DNA of 61,594 bases, filler included, from Piptocephalis cylindrospora (Eukaryota): NCBI GenBank assembly GCA_003614145.1. It is 12 parts of 12 records of this genome, joined end to end, with 100 filler letters (N's around TTAATTAATTAA, not from the genome) between each part and the next. Parts side by side here need not be neighbours in the genome. Positions count along the whole stretch, not along the records: positions 25,771 to 30,833 come from KZ988438.1; positions 30,934 to 35,984 come from KZ988439.1; positions 36,085 to 41,128 come from KZ988440.1; 9 more parts are not named here. One strand, written 5' to 3'. The notes beneath the pieces were generated by a model, which was given only the letters and a program-made list of their open reading frames with translations, was not told where the DNA came from and made no database searches. The translations under genes were made by a program, and so were the position numbers. Positions 25,771-36,848 of the stretch are shown here, in pieces. Each line of letters begins with the position of its first letter. Within the stretch, counting starts at the first letter, position 1.

Positions 25771-26523
25771 TAACACGATGTGACTGAATAGTTAAGTCAT
25801 TGAGATTGGGGCTTTCTAACACCTCTGACGCTATAACCATTTTATTTCCCCGATGGGGTAGGCATTTGGGCGGCTTTCTAACGCCCTAACACCCTACTAC
25901 TCACCACACTCTAGGCCTTCCCTTTTCCATCCCATCCAAGACAAATTTCTTCTTTTCGATGCTTAGAACATATTAAATTCACTATAGACATTAGAGTTTC
26001 GAATATGTCATTCATCATAGATGGCGCATTGGTTACGATTAATCGAAATATCGTACAAGACGGAATTACATTCGAGTCCTAGTCTGGAGTGATCCATGAG
26101 TTCACCCCAGGATAAGTACCTTGGCTCAGATGGCAGGACATACTACGTTGGAAACAATACTGTCTTTTAAGAAAGGGCTAAATATTTTGAAAAGAGAGAC
26201 GCATAAATAGGACAGTACCAACTAAGGGGGGATTAAACCCGGTATGTTGCAATGATGGATTGTACCATCGGCGAGTACGGTACTATCTATTTCCTCTCAT
26301 CCATTCTAATAATACTACTAAAGATTTGTGTTTATGCTCATCCGCGTCTAATTTCACTTTGCACTATGCCCCATTCGTGATTAGATAGTCATTCATTACA
26401 AGGATCTCCTATAAAGCATGATGCCCTTTTTCTATGTCCGATAAACCACTTCCACACCCTAGCTTTCTACCTCCCTTACACTCTCAATCATCCCCTTTGT
26501 ACACCCCTTTTGCTCCCTTCCTC

Positions 26524-26822
26524 ATGCCCAAGGCAACTCAAGGCGTCCTAATTGAATGGTAGGTTTTTAGAGTTTGCCGAGCCCCCTCTCCCCCTTCGTT
26601 ATCCATACAACTCACTCCCCCGTCTCCAGTGATGCCGCAGTAAAGCAGCTCATACTTAACCTCAACTCCAAGGGTTCTGGACCTGCCTTCCTTATTGAAG
26701 ATCTGGACGAAACGCATGCCTTTGTGGACGCAACGGCCATCCCGAGAATTCGGTCTGAGCTTGACAAACTCCTCGAGGAGAACACCTATACAGCCGCCCT
26801 TGAAGTTCGCGGAGGGCTATAA
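26524..26822 (+). CDS. TFB5: TFIIH subunit Tfb5/TTDA; exons 26524..26558 and 26630..26822
   Basis: Spliced product MPKATQGVLIECDAAVKQLILNL...FLIEDLDETHAFV...LLEENTY. Confidence 0.95.
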
Positions 26823-27176
26823 CGTGCTTGTTTGGGAAGATAGCATGGACACTGGGTTATGAAAGAAATAAATATAGGTTATGCAAACTGATCTATCTGC
26901 CCTTAGTGAGGAAAAGGGGGTAGTGGGGCTATTCCCTTCTCCCCCAGGGGCGAAAGAAAAACCCTAGTGTTTGTATATATATTCTCGGACACGATACTCT
27001 CACTGTGCAATCGAACCCCCCCTTGTACACCCCCCCCACCTTATCTACAACTAGGTGGTGGGACAACAGGAAGAGCGGATTTTCGGGATAAGAGGCTCCC
27101 GAGGTGAGAGAGAAATATTGCCTCATCCTTGTTTCTTCTTCTCCCTAGTATACCTCTCTGTTCAACCCCAACGACG

Positions 27177-28589
27177 ATGAGCTTACTTACATCTGACCCT
27201 GAGTTTCCCGATGAGCCCCACCTCTCCTGGTGGAACGTAGCGGTAGCCTCTAGCTTCTTGCTCATCAATGGTATGACAATAGCCACAGTGGGATGGGTAG
27301 AGACGTACAAATACCCTCTCATCCTATCCTTTCCAGGGGCCATCTCCATCCATATGGGCCTGGGTCTAGAAAGGACCATTTTAGTCGCAGCGATACGCTG
27401 TATCATTCAACTCACCATCATGGGCTATGTCCTGACCGAGATTTTCAGTTCCAAGCAGCCTCTTATTATCATGGGTCTAGCTTGTATGTATAGGAGGTCA
27501 TAAAAAATACTTCCAATCTCGACTAAACGGCAGTCCCTTTCCTAGCCTTACTCGTCTTACTAGCGACATTGGAACTCGTGTTCCACAGGGCAAAATACCG
27601 TTTTCACGGAAGTTTCCTCACCGTCTTTGGCTCCTTGTATCTTTCCACTTTACTCGTGGCTATTGTTGGTAAGGAGAAAAGAGAGGAGTAGCTTGCGATC
27701 TTTGTAAAGGAAGGGGAATATTCTCACCCACCCCTATCCATCCTCACTCTGACCCTAGGTGGATCCTTGGCACTGGAAACTAAACCCTTTTACGATCCTG
27801 TCGTCTTTATTCCCACCCTGGGCATGCTCATTGGAAATTGCATGTCAGCTGTTGGAGTAGGAATCTCGTATGCCTTAAACCAGTTGATGTACATATCTTT
27901 CTTTGATGATGGTATCTCTACCAAGAAAGGGGTAACACCTTGCTTATCCTATCCCAATTTCACTTAGGGAGCATTCGGAGCTCGTTGAGCAAAGACTGGC
28001 CTTTGGCGCCACTAGATGGGAAGCATCCAGGCCTGTCGCCATTGACGCCATCAAGCTTGCTCTTCTTCCCACCATTAATTCCATGAGCGTCATTGGTCTC
28101 ATCACCATCCCTGGCATGATGACCGGTCAGATTCTGGGAGGTACCCCTATCATGGATGCCGTCAAATATCAGCAAATCATCATGTTCCTCATCACTGCAG
28201 CCTCCTCCCTAGGCACTGTTATTTCCGTTCTGGTATGGAGGAAAAGAGGAGAGAGCGGAATTCTCAATTCCTTAATCACTTACATGATCTATCCCTCCTT
28301 TACATGATAGGTCTGCCTATTTACCTGCGTTGATAAGTGTCATCGCGTTCGACTGGATCTCATCACCAGTACCAAAGTCTCTTCAACAGAGGAAGAAGGG
28401 CAAGATGAGAGCAATGGGGGAATGCGGAGTAGGAAGAGTTCAAGGTCTGTCTTGAGTCGATCCAGGCCAGCCTCTGCGTCCACGACCGCGACCGCCGTGG
28501 CCAGTACTGGTCCAACTGAAAGATCCCCCCTTCTAGGAGGAGGAGCCCATACTCACGCCCAGCTCCCTGATCGGGAGAGTATTAGTTAG
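27177..28589 (+). CDS. UPF0014 membrane protein (FetB/YbbM, STAR2/ALS3-like ABC permease), multi-exon
   Basis: GLGLERTILVAAIRCIIQLTIMGYVL, FIPTLGMLIGNCMS, LAFGATRWEA and GLITIPGMMTGQILGGTPIMDAVKYQQIIMF. Confidence 0.92.
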
Positions 28590-29009
28590 TCATCATGCTC
28601 TGATGGTCTTTCCAAGAAGGGTCATAGTGGAAACGAGAGATGATGCATTATGTATAGGTTGTGGAAAGAAGAGATGGGATCTCTGAGGCTCATTTATTTT
28701 GACATGATCGACAACAACAACAACAATAGCGAGTTAGATCGATCGCTCGCCTCTATACCTAAACACAGTTGATGAAAATAAAGTGGTTTTTATTCCATTC
28801 CCTACGAGTCATAATACTGAATGAGTCATGATTGTGTCAACTTCTGATATAAATTCAAATTGCTACTATTAAGCTCAACATGAGGCACTTGAGAATCATC
28901 ACGGACACTACAGATCACATAAGAATCTAATGCATGTGGGTAATATACCACCACCTCTCTCACTGCCCCTCTTTTATCATTGCTTCCCTCCTCAGCACCA
29001 ACCAACTTC

Positions 29010-30736
29010 ATGGTGTCACCAACCACTGAAACCACGAACCTAGCTGAGCGCGTTCACGAACGGGATACCGAGTCAGACGTGGATGTATCCACCAAGGTAG
29101 GCTTACCTGGCAGGAGCATGTTGAGATGGGGCAGGCTAATTGTGCCTATTCTCGAGTAGAAAAGACGCTGCCTAAGCCCTGGAAAAGTAGAACCTGGCAA
29201 GGATTCAGAATATCTACCGAGAGCAACCGAAAAAGAGGACTCCGTCATCACCACTAGCATGTCCAAGTACTTTTTTACTCAAGGTACTTTGCACATTTTG
29301 AGGGGGGAGAGGCCATTGAAGCGGATATTGATTTCTTATACGCAGTAGGCCTAAGAAAAGTTCATCCATACTTTCATACCTACAAGACCTACGCCAAAGG
29401 TCGATGGCTGGGAAGAGCATTGTATGATGTGTTTTGCCGAGAATTTCAAGATCAGTCCCCGGAGTACTATGTCAGTATTTGCGTATTGAAAAAGGCGGCG
29501 AGGAAGCCCTCACTCACATTACCCCATTCTTGCGCCTCGTTGACAGAGACGCGCCATTCAATCTGGCAGGATCCGTGTGGGGGGAAAGGAGACATTGGAA
29601 GGATATATTGTCCAAAATGGGGATGTTATTACCCATGACATTCATCGGCATGAGCCTCCGGTTACTGATCAAGAAATTGGTATTGTCCATCGAGATGAGG
29701 AAAAAGGCATCCTGGCCATCGATAAGCCATCAAGTATTCCGGTATGTAGAATAGGATGATGTCTTCGCTTTAGAGGTACTGGATTTTACTCAATGTCTCC
29801 ATCTTGATTAGGTTCATCCAAGTGGGCGGTACCAGTTCAACACAGTCATCCACATTTTGCAGGATGGTCTGGGTGCGCTTCCACTATATCCCATCAATCG
29901 TCTTGATCGTCTCACCTCAGGAGTCATGCTCCTCGGGACAGGGAAAGAGGCAGCAAGGCGCATGGAGGTGGAGATGCGAGAAAGGAGGGTGAGGAAGGTT
30001 TACTTGGCCCGCGTCCTCGGCTGCTTCCCTGAAAGAGAGGGGGAGACTGTTGTGTGCAAAGAGAGGATTCGGACAGCTGCCCACAAGGTTGGTCTGAATG
30101 TCGTAGATCCTATAGAGGGTAAGGAGTGCGAGACGCACTTTCGACGTCTTCACTATAATGGCCGTACCAGTCTCGTAGAATGTAAGAAAGAATGGATTAT
30201 GAGGGGTCACTTCCGCCTACCCTTTTCCTGCTGTGCCCTCTACTCATCCATTCTTACATACAGGCCTGCCAAAAACGGGAAGAACCCATCAAATCCGTGT
30301 GCATCTCCTTCATCTAGGCCATCCTATTCCCAATGATCCTTTGTACGCCCATCCCAAGGTTCGAGGGCTCTTTATCTCCCAGGAGGCCGTCACCATTGAG
30401 GATACGGTCAAGACCCTGACCCATCCCCAGGCGCCCCCTTCTGAGGAAGAGGAAGAGAAAGAGGAGAAATCTCATTGGGAATCAGGCTCCCATCCTTCCA
30501 TACGGAAAAAATGCCTTGAATGTCCTCAGATTCTCCTACCTGACCCTCATCCCGATGCCATGTGCATTTGGCTCCATGCCCTCGAGTATAGTCTTGTCAA
30601 TGAGGATGAGGAGGGTGATAGTGAGAGTGAGGGCGCTGTCTTGTGGAAGTACCGGAGCAAGACCCCAGCATGGGCTGAGGAATCTTTCAAGGGAGATCAA
30701 CAGTACGACCCCCAGAAAAAAGGATACCTTGACTGA
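29010..30736 (+). CDS. RluA-family pseudouridine synthase (Rib2/Pus9/RPUSD2-like), multi-exon
   Basis: GLRKVHPYF...[35 protein letters not shown] and [21 protein letters not shown]. Confidence 0.92.
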
Positions 30737-30833
30737 AGATAAATCCTTTGACCCTTTATTATAATTTTTCCGGTCGACAAAGTGATAACGAGAAAAAATA
30801 ATAGATAAACGATTTCAATTAAGTTACTGGACG

Positions 30834-30933
30834 NNNNNNNNNNNNNNNNNNNNNNNNNNNNNNNNNNNNNNNNNNNNTTAATTAATTAANNNNNNNNNNN
30901 NNNNNNNNNNNNNNNNNNNNNNNNNNNNNNNNN
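30834..30933. other. Artificial contig linker
   Basis: 44N-TTAATTAATTAA-44N. Confidence 0.99.
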
Positions 30934-30988
30934 GGACAGGGAGAGAGGAATGAATGATGCGCTGGACTGTGCTGAGATGGAAGGATGA
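30934..30988 (+). repeat. 55-bp terminal inverted repeat, left copy (partner 35930..35984)
   Basis: Exact reverse complement of the last 55 nt of the same contig. Confidence 0.97.
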
Positions 30989-31838
30989 AGGGAGAAAGAA
31001 AGACGAGGAATGGAGCAAGTAGGGCAGGACGTGGGAGAAGGAGGGCGATGATGAGAACATGGGATGAGTTGTGGTGTGGCGCGGCTGGGCTGGATCTTGG
31101 CTGGGATGGACTGGGCTGGGCTCTCTGGGAACCCCTGACAAACAAGCGGCGTCACAGTCCACTGGCAGCAACTACGCAATGCACAACGATGAGGTGAGGC
31201 TAGGTGAGATATTGAGATGAGTGTTATTATTATTATTATTAGAGGACAGTGAAAGAGCTTGTCAGGGACCATTTACCATTTGGTGAACGATTTGATATAT
31301 TGAAAGACGAAACGAAACCAAAGACCAAGCCATACCTTTGTAATATCGTGCTTTTTAGGATGAGGTGGATCAAGATCGATGAAAGCTTTTGGACCTTTAA
31401 TAAGAATATAGATATAATGGTTTTGGTTTTGTGTTGTTGTAATTGTCAGCAACGCGCGCATAATTTATCCACTCTGCCCTACCTCTTACTATTATGCAAA
31501 TCAATAAATCCAAACCGTACCAGAAGGCACAATTTAGACTTGAAAATGATATGCTAAAGATGAACCATACACGGTTCGGTGAATGATCAGGCAGTAGTAT
31601 GAGAAGTACATTTCACTGTTTACGACCAATATGAATAGTAGGGAAGATATACCACAGATACCCCCAATTTCCACTTCTGGGATGAATAGTGGAGTGGGGA
31701 ATCAAGCCTCCTTGATCCCTACTTTACACACTTTACCAGCTTGACCTTACTCTTACTTGATCGCAATCACCGCCACAAAATCCCTCTTTCCCTCATCTCC
31801 AATATCACTAGTAGCAACCGCCACCACAACCCCCATCG

Positions 31839-32240
31839 ATGGTCTCGCCTAAATCATCACCGTTCCTTGGACCCAGATCCTCCCGGACTCCTCGACAGTA
31901 TCCCAAATACCCCGAAGAGGAGGCAGGGGCCTCGAGTCAAAGCACTGCCAGGAGCAGTGCAGGGTCCGAGGGCCTCACAGATGATCGGGTCACTGGGCTA
32001 CATGACCGGGTGGGGCTGATCCGGGAGATTGCAATTGGACTGGGCGATGAGCTTCAGGAGCAAAAGCGCTTCCTCACCGAGTTTGATGGAGATTTTGACC
32101 GGACGTCCACCATTCTTGACGGGACCATGAGACGATTCCGTACCATGGCAGCTACCCAGAATGGCCGGATCACTATGCTAATGATCCTCTTTGTCATTTC
32201 AAGCTTTTCCTTCATGTACTTTTACGTGAAGTTTCGGTAA
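31839..32240 (+). CDS. BET1: Qc-SNARE, Bet1-like
   Basis: SNARE heptads LHDRVGLIREIAIGLGDELQEQ...FDRTSTILDGTMRRF followed by a C-terminal TM anchor. Confidence 0.85.
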   Translation: MVSPKSSPFLGPRSSRTPRQYPKYPEEEAGASSQSTARSSAGSEGLTDDRVTGLHDRVGLIREIAIGLGDELQEQKRFLTEFDGDFDRTSTILDGTMRRFRTMAATQNGRITMLMILFVISSFSFMYFYVKFR

Positions 32241-32692
32241 GGGCCTCATCACGTATGGTTCGTGAGGAAGGGAGGTGTGAGCGATGGAGTAGATATATGG
32301 TCATGGGGTAGGTGTAAGGTCGTGGCAGTAAAGGTATTTTTTCTTAGTGATGACCACTATCCTTTGGTTTTTGCTGCAGACAATGCTCGATGGTTGGTCT
32401 TTTGAAGAAATGTCTATCTGGTCCGGGTTTATAACATCCTTCAGGCACATCCCATCATCGTCTACGAATCAACCGAGCGACTAATGGCCTTGCCCCTATC
32501 CTATGTGAAGCGCTTTATCTAATCTACCCTTGAAATGGCTATTTTCTTGCCTTCCAAGTCCATCATTCTGTATTAAAGTGGATACTTATGGCTTAATAAT
32601 AATAATAGTAGGAAAGGGGAAGGAATGAGGGCAATATTCGTGAATAGTCCCCATATCCACCCCGTCCCAAGACGACATGCCCTTTCCATGAT

Positions 32693-34272
32693 CTACTTGG
32701 ACAAATCAGCAAGGGCCCTGATCATGACCTGTACATCCTCCAAACGGACTTGGTGATGTAGGACACAGCGCATCTGGCCTTGAGCATCGACTCCATTAAC
32801 GCGTATGCCCCACTGCTTCAAAAAATGGTCCTCTAGGGCTTTTGAGGTCCATCCTCGACCTTGGAGGATGTGCTTCCCCTCCATCCAAACCATGTTGGTA
32901 TGTATGGGGAGAGCGAGTTTCCACCCTGCCTCTACCGCTCCTTTCCCGAGGAGTTGAGCATGATGGTGATCCCTGGACATTCGCTCATGGTAATCCAGGA
33001 GGGCTCTTGTGGCTGCGGCCGCCAGCCCACCTGCTTGTCTCCATCCTCCGCCCAGCAGTTTTCGATAGTGTCGTGCTTGCTCGATGGTCTTTTGGGGGGC
33101 CTTTAATATCAAAGGCAAGTCAATAAGGGTATTATTAATAGTTGTATGGGCTTGATCTTACCTACGAGAATGGCCCCAATGGGCGCTCCTATGCCTTTGG
33201 AGAGACATAGTGTAATCTACAGAAAGGGGAGCGGGGTCTGAGAACTGATCATGAGAATGCTACAGGCGCACATGCCGTCCAATTGTCTTTTTGGAACCCT
33301 CCTTCTCTCCTACCGTGTCTGCGCAATGACCATACTGGGCCATGGGGGTACCAGTGGCCACTGAGGAATTCCATAGCCTTGCCCCATCTATGAGAAGTAA
33401 GGAAACATTAAAAACCCATGGGGGAGGAAAAGTATCTCCTCTATATGAAGGAGCCTATACCCACCTAGATGAACCCAATGCCCTTGTTCTCGGGCTTGTT
33501 GATACATCCTCCTATGGATGGTATATGTGAGCTAAATTCTTATACAATGAGCTCATATCCCTCACTCACGGCAAAAAAGTCCCTTACTGCATTGTCTTCA
33601 ACGGCATGATAAGGCCATCAAGAGTGTTTTCCAGGGAGATAACTCGGGTGGGGGCTACATGCACATCCCCAGGTCTCCATACTTGCTGGGCAATGTCCTC
33701 ATGGTTGAGATAGAGACCATTGCGTGGACGAAGGGGAATGGTAGTGGCATGACCAAAGGTGGCTAAATTCCCCGCCTCCCAGAGGTAGAGGTGGGATCGA
33801 TAGTCGCACGCCACCGAGTATGGAGGTCCATGGAATGAGGTGGATGGGAGAGACCTTGGAGGAATGGCCAAGAGGGAGGTGATACTCAGAATATTGCACA
33901 TAGTGGCAGATGCACAGAACAATGCCTTTTCCTTTCCCATTATTTGGGCCACCCTATCTTCTAGTGCATTGACCGACGGGTCCTCCCCATACACGTCGTC
34001 CCCGACCTCTGCCTTTGCCATTTCCCGTATCATGGCTTCTGTCGGTTTGGTGACTATCAAAGTGAGTGGGCGAGAAGGAAAGCGGATGAGTGAGGCAAGG
34101 AACGATGAGATGACTTGAAAGGACCAAGAGAATTGTGCTTACCTGTATCGCTTCGTAAGTCAAACACTCGCCTTCCCGAGGCTATCCTGTGAAGAGTGCG
34201 CGCCCTATACATAGGGCTGCGCCCAAGAGAAGCAAGTACTCTTTGGGCCGAGAGACGTAAGGTCGGATGCAT
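32693..34272 (-). CDS. GLY1: Low-specificity L-threonine aldolase, multi-exon
   Basis: DLRSDT|VTKPT, VGDDVYGEDP, LENT, HLDGARLWN, CLSKGIGAPIG (PLP lysine) and RKLLGGGWRQAG. Confidence 0.95.
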
Positions 34273-34753
34273 GAGGTGAGCAGGCAGGAATAAGGCAAGA
34301 GTTAGAGAAGACGGAGACACCCCTTGTCTAGGACAGTATTATCATTCCCACGAGGATCCAGATTAATGAGCGAAGGGGCAACAGTGTATCTTTAGTTCAA
34401 GATGAACGATCTCACTAAACACTTGTCTTCCTCAGATGTTCCATTCACTCAATTGCATTTATCATTTAGTCTATTTCTCTCGAGTTGTGCGCCATAACGA
34501 TCCAAAAGGGATCGTATAATCTAGTATTGTTATTGTTCACTCATCTACTCCATAATTCACGGGAATTCCCTGCTCCCGAATTCTCCTTCGCTCCTCATAT
34601 CTTCGTCGCTTTTCCTCCTGCTCCCGTGCGTACTTTGCATTGTCCAGGGCAAAGTAGGCCACCAGACTAGTAAAAGTCACGACACCGAAGGCCATCACGT
34701 ACTTATTGTTCTTCATAAAGAGCTAGGTGCGCCGTGCAAGGGATATGGAATAG

Positions 34754-34966
34754 TTAGTTGGAGTAGGTCGGCATGGAGCGTGTCAACGGTACCGTCCTTT
34801 CCCTTACCTCTGGGTTGGTCAGCTTGAAGATGCGTGTGGCTGCTCGTTGACCTTCAAAGAAACCATAGTTACCCGTAGAGGGAGCTGGTGGACTCGGGAC
34901 TTTCCCTCCCTTCTCCCCTCCTCCTGACGTATTCTGGCTCATCATGGAACGGAAGGATGGGAGCAT
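34754..34966 (-). CDS. Small hypothetical ORF (70 aa)
   Basis: ATG-initiated ORF MLPSFRSMMSQN...; no homology recognised. Confidence 0.2.
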   Translation of the reverse strand: MLPSFRSMMSQNTSGGGEKGGKVPSPPAPSTGNYGFFEGQRAATRIFKLTNPEVRERTVPLTRSMPTYSN

Positions 34967-35484
34967 GGCCTTGACAATGAGTATAGATGGTGGGATGTGC
35001 AGAGATAAAATTGTATTTGTATTTATGAGCCAACTCAGTATACCTAGTTGCACACCATTTATCACATAAATCCCAATACATTTCGCTGTTTACTACTACC
35101 ACTGCTACCATTTATCACATACTTTGGGCAGACACCCCCCACCCACAAATTTGTTAGCTTCCCTTAGCAAGCGACTTTACCTGTACTCACTCATTCTAGG
35201 CGCACTCAAGTACGCCTTAGCCACCAAATCCACGAAAGCTGGTAGTTTCCCCATTGACTCACATTGACCCACTTGAGTATTCCATACTGGATATGCACCT
35301 GAATACTCCGCCCATTCATGCTTAGAGACCAGTGTGGGAAGCCGTCATGTACAATGCACAAGTGACTGAACCACCGCGTAAGAGGCCATGGACGAACCAG
35401 GCTACCTCAAGCTTCTCTCCTTCTCCTCTTCATCTTACTCGCTTCCTTCCTCACTCATCCTCTCTTCAACGTCCTTGCACAGCC

Positions 35485-35877
35485 ATGACCGCGGAACAAC
35501 CAGCTCAAGATCCACAGGGATCCCCATTGCAGTTCGAACCTTTTGCCTCCTCCCTGACCCCAGCCTTCCTTCAGGCCCTGGGCCAGGCCAAGTTAACCAC
35601 CTTCCGCCTTGACACGTCTGCTCAGGCCCTAACTGGGAGTTATCGTACCCCCGGTTTAGCCCCTTTCCATGTTCAGAGGGCCGAGGGGACAAGCACAACC
35701 CATCAACCCATCCTATTTATCGTCAATGAAAACGCCATGGAGATTGGAGGAAAGGATGCCTCCACATCCACCGTTCCTAACGTATTTCACTGTCCTGGGA
35801 CCCTGATTAATACCAACACCGTTGAAGAGTTTCGTCAACTTGATTTTGCCAAGCTCCTTGATCAACACCGACAGCTT
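35485..35877 (+). CDS. ATG7: Autophagy E1-like enzyme Atg7, first exon only (truncated)
   Basis: LQFEPFASSL...KLTTFRLD...CPGTLINTNTVEEFRQLD matches the Atg7 N-terminal domain; GT donor at 35878. Confidence 0.88.
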
Positions 35878-35929
35878 GTACGTTTTTTTTGTGCGTGGGC
35901 ATGGATCCAATGTAGTTACTCATTCATCC

Positions 35930-35984
35930 TCATCCTTCCATCTCAGCACAGTCCAGCGCATCATTCATTCCTCTCTCCCTGTCC
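35930..35984 (-). repeat. 55-bp terminal inverted repeat, right copy
   Basis: Reverse complement of 30934..30988. Confidence 0.97.
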
Positions 35985-36084
35985 NNNNNNNNNNNNNNNN
36001 NNNNNNNNNNNNNNNNNNNNNNNNNNNNTTAATTAATTAANNNNNNNNNNNNNNNNNNNNNNNNNNNNNNNNNNNNNNNNNNNN
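35985..36084. other. Artificial contig linker
   Basis: 44N-TTAATTAATTAA-44N. Confidence 0.99.
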
Positions 36085-36848
36085 ATCAGCCTACCCGCCT
36101 GTGGAAAATATAATGTTGTGCTATAGGTATAATTACTGATAGTATTTCATGAAATTTATTTGAATTTGGTAAAGTGCTAGTGCAATAATAATAATATACC
36201 TTCTAGGTTACATTTTAGTCAGTAAATATGAATCGCATTTTTCTGTTGTATGTTCTCGGCGCCACGCAGACCGGCCTTGGCCGGCCGTGCGTTCGGATAC
36301 TCTGTAACCCGCCCCACGAGGGGAAATAAGCCGGCTTTATCATCATCATTATTTTTCTGTTGTATTCAGAAACACAATAATTTATAAGTATATATCCATA
36401 TTTTAAGGGACAGTTCAATGGCAAGGATAAGCACTTACCCAGTTCTTATGGTTCTTATTAAATTCGGATAATCTCGAGCGAAACACTATATTCTCGAGGT
36501 CAGTCTCAAAGGATATTTCAGCTTTCCACATCCATCTGGATACTTTTGCGAGTACCGCACTATGGTGGTTAGTTCCACGTCCCTTGGATGACCTACAGGA
36601 AACACAGCAGCGGCCCTTTAGGCCCTGGTCTCTCGTATCAGTGTGCGGACATTGGCCTTTGGTGTACGTGAGTGTTGTTATCTATGTTCTGTGCCCTTAC
36701 ACCTAGATGGATGAAATCAGTGACTTAAGTCTCATCGGTCAAAGCGTTGGCCCTTATGTGCTTGAATGGGGTCTAAAGCACCGCGCCTTCTCCTCTCCCC
36801 CTTCCTACTTGGTGATCTTTCCCTTCTTTCGTAAATAGCCCTGATCGG

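Noticed and set aside
26014..26089. tRNA-like A-box (TGGCGCATTGG) and B-box (TTCGAGTCC)
   Set aside because: The T-stem and acceptor stem do not pair properly; no cloverleaf can be formed.
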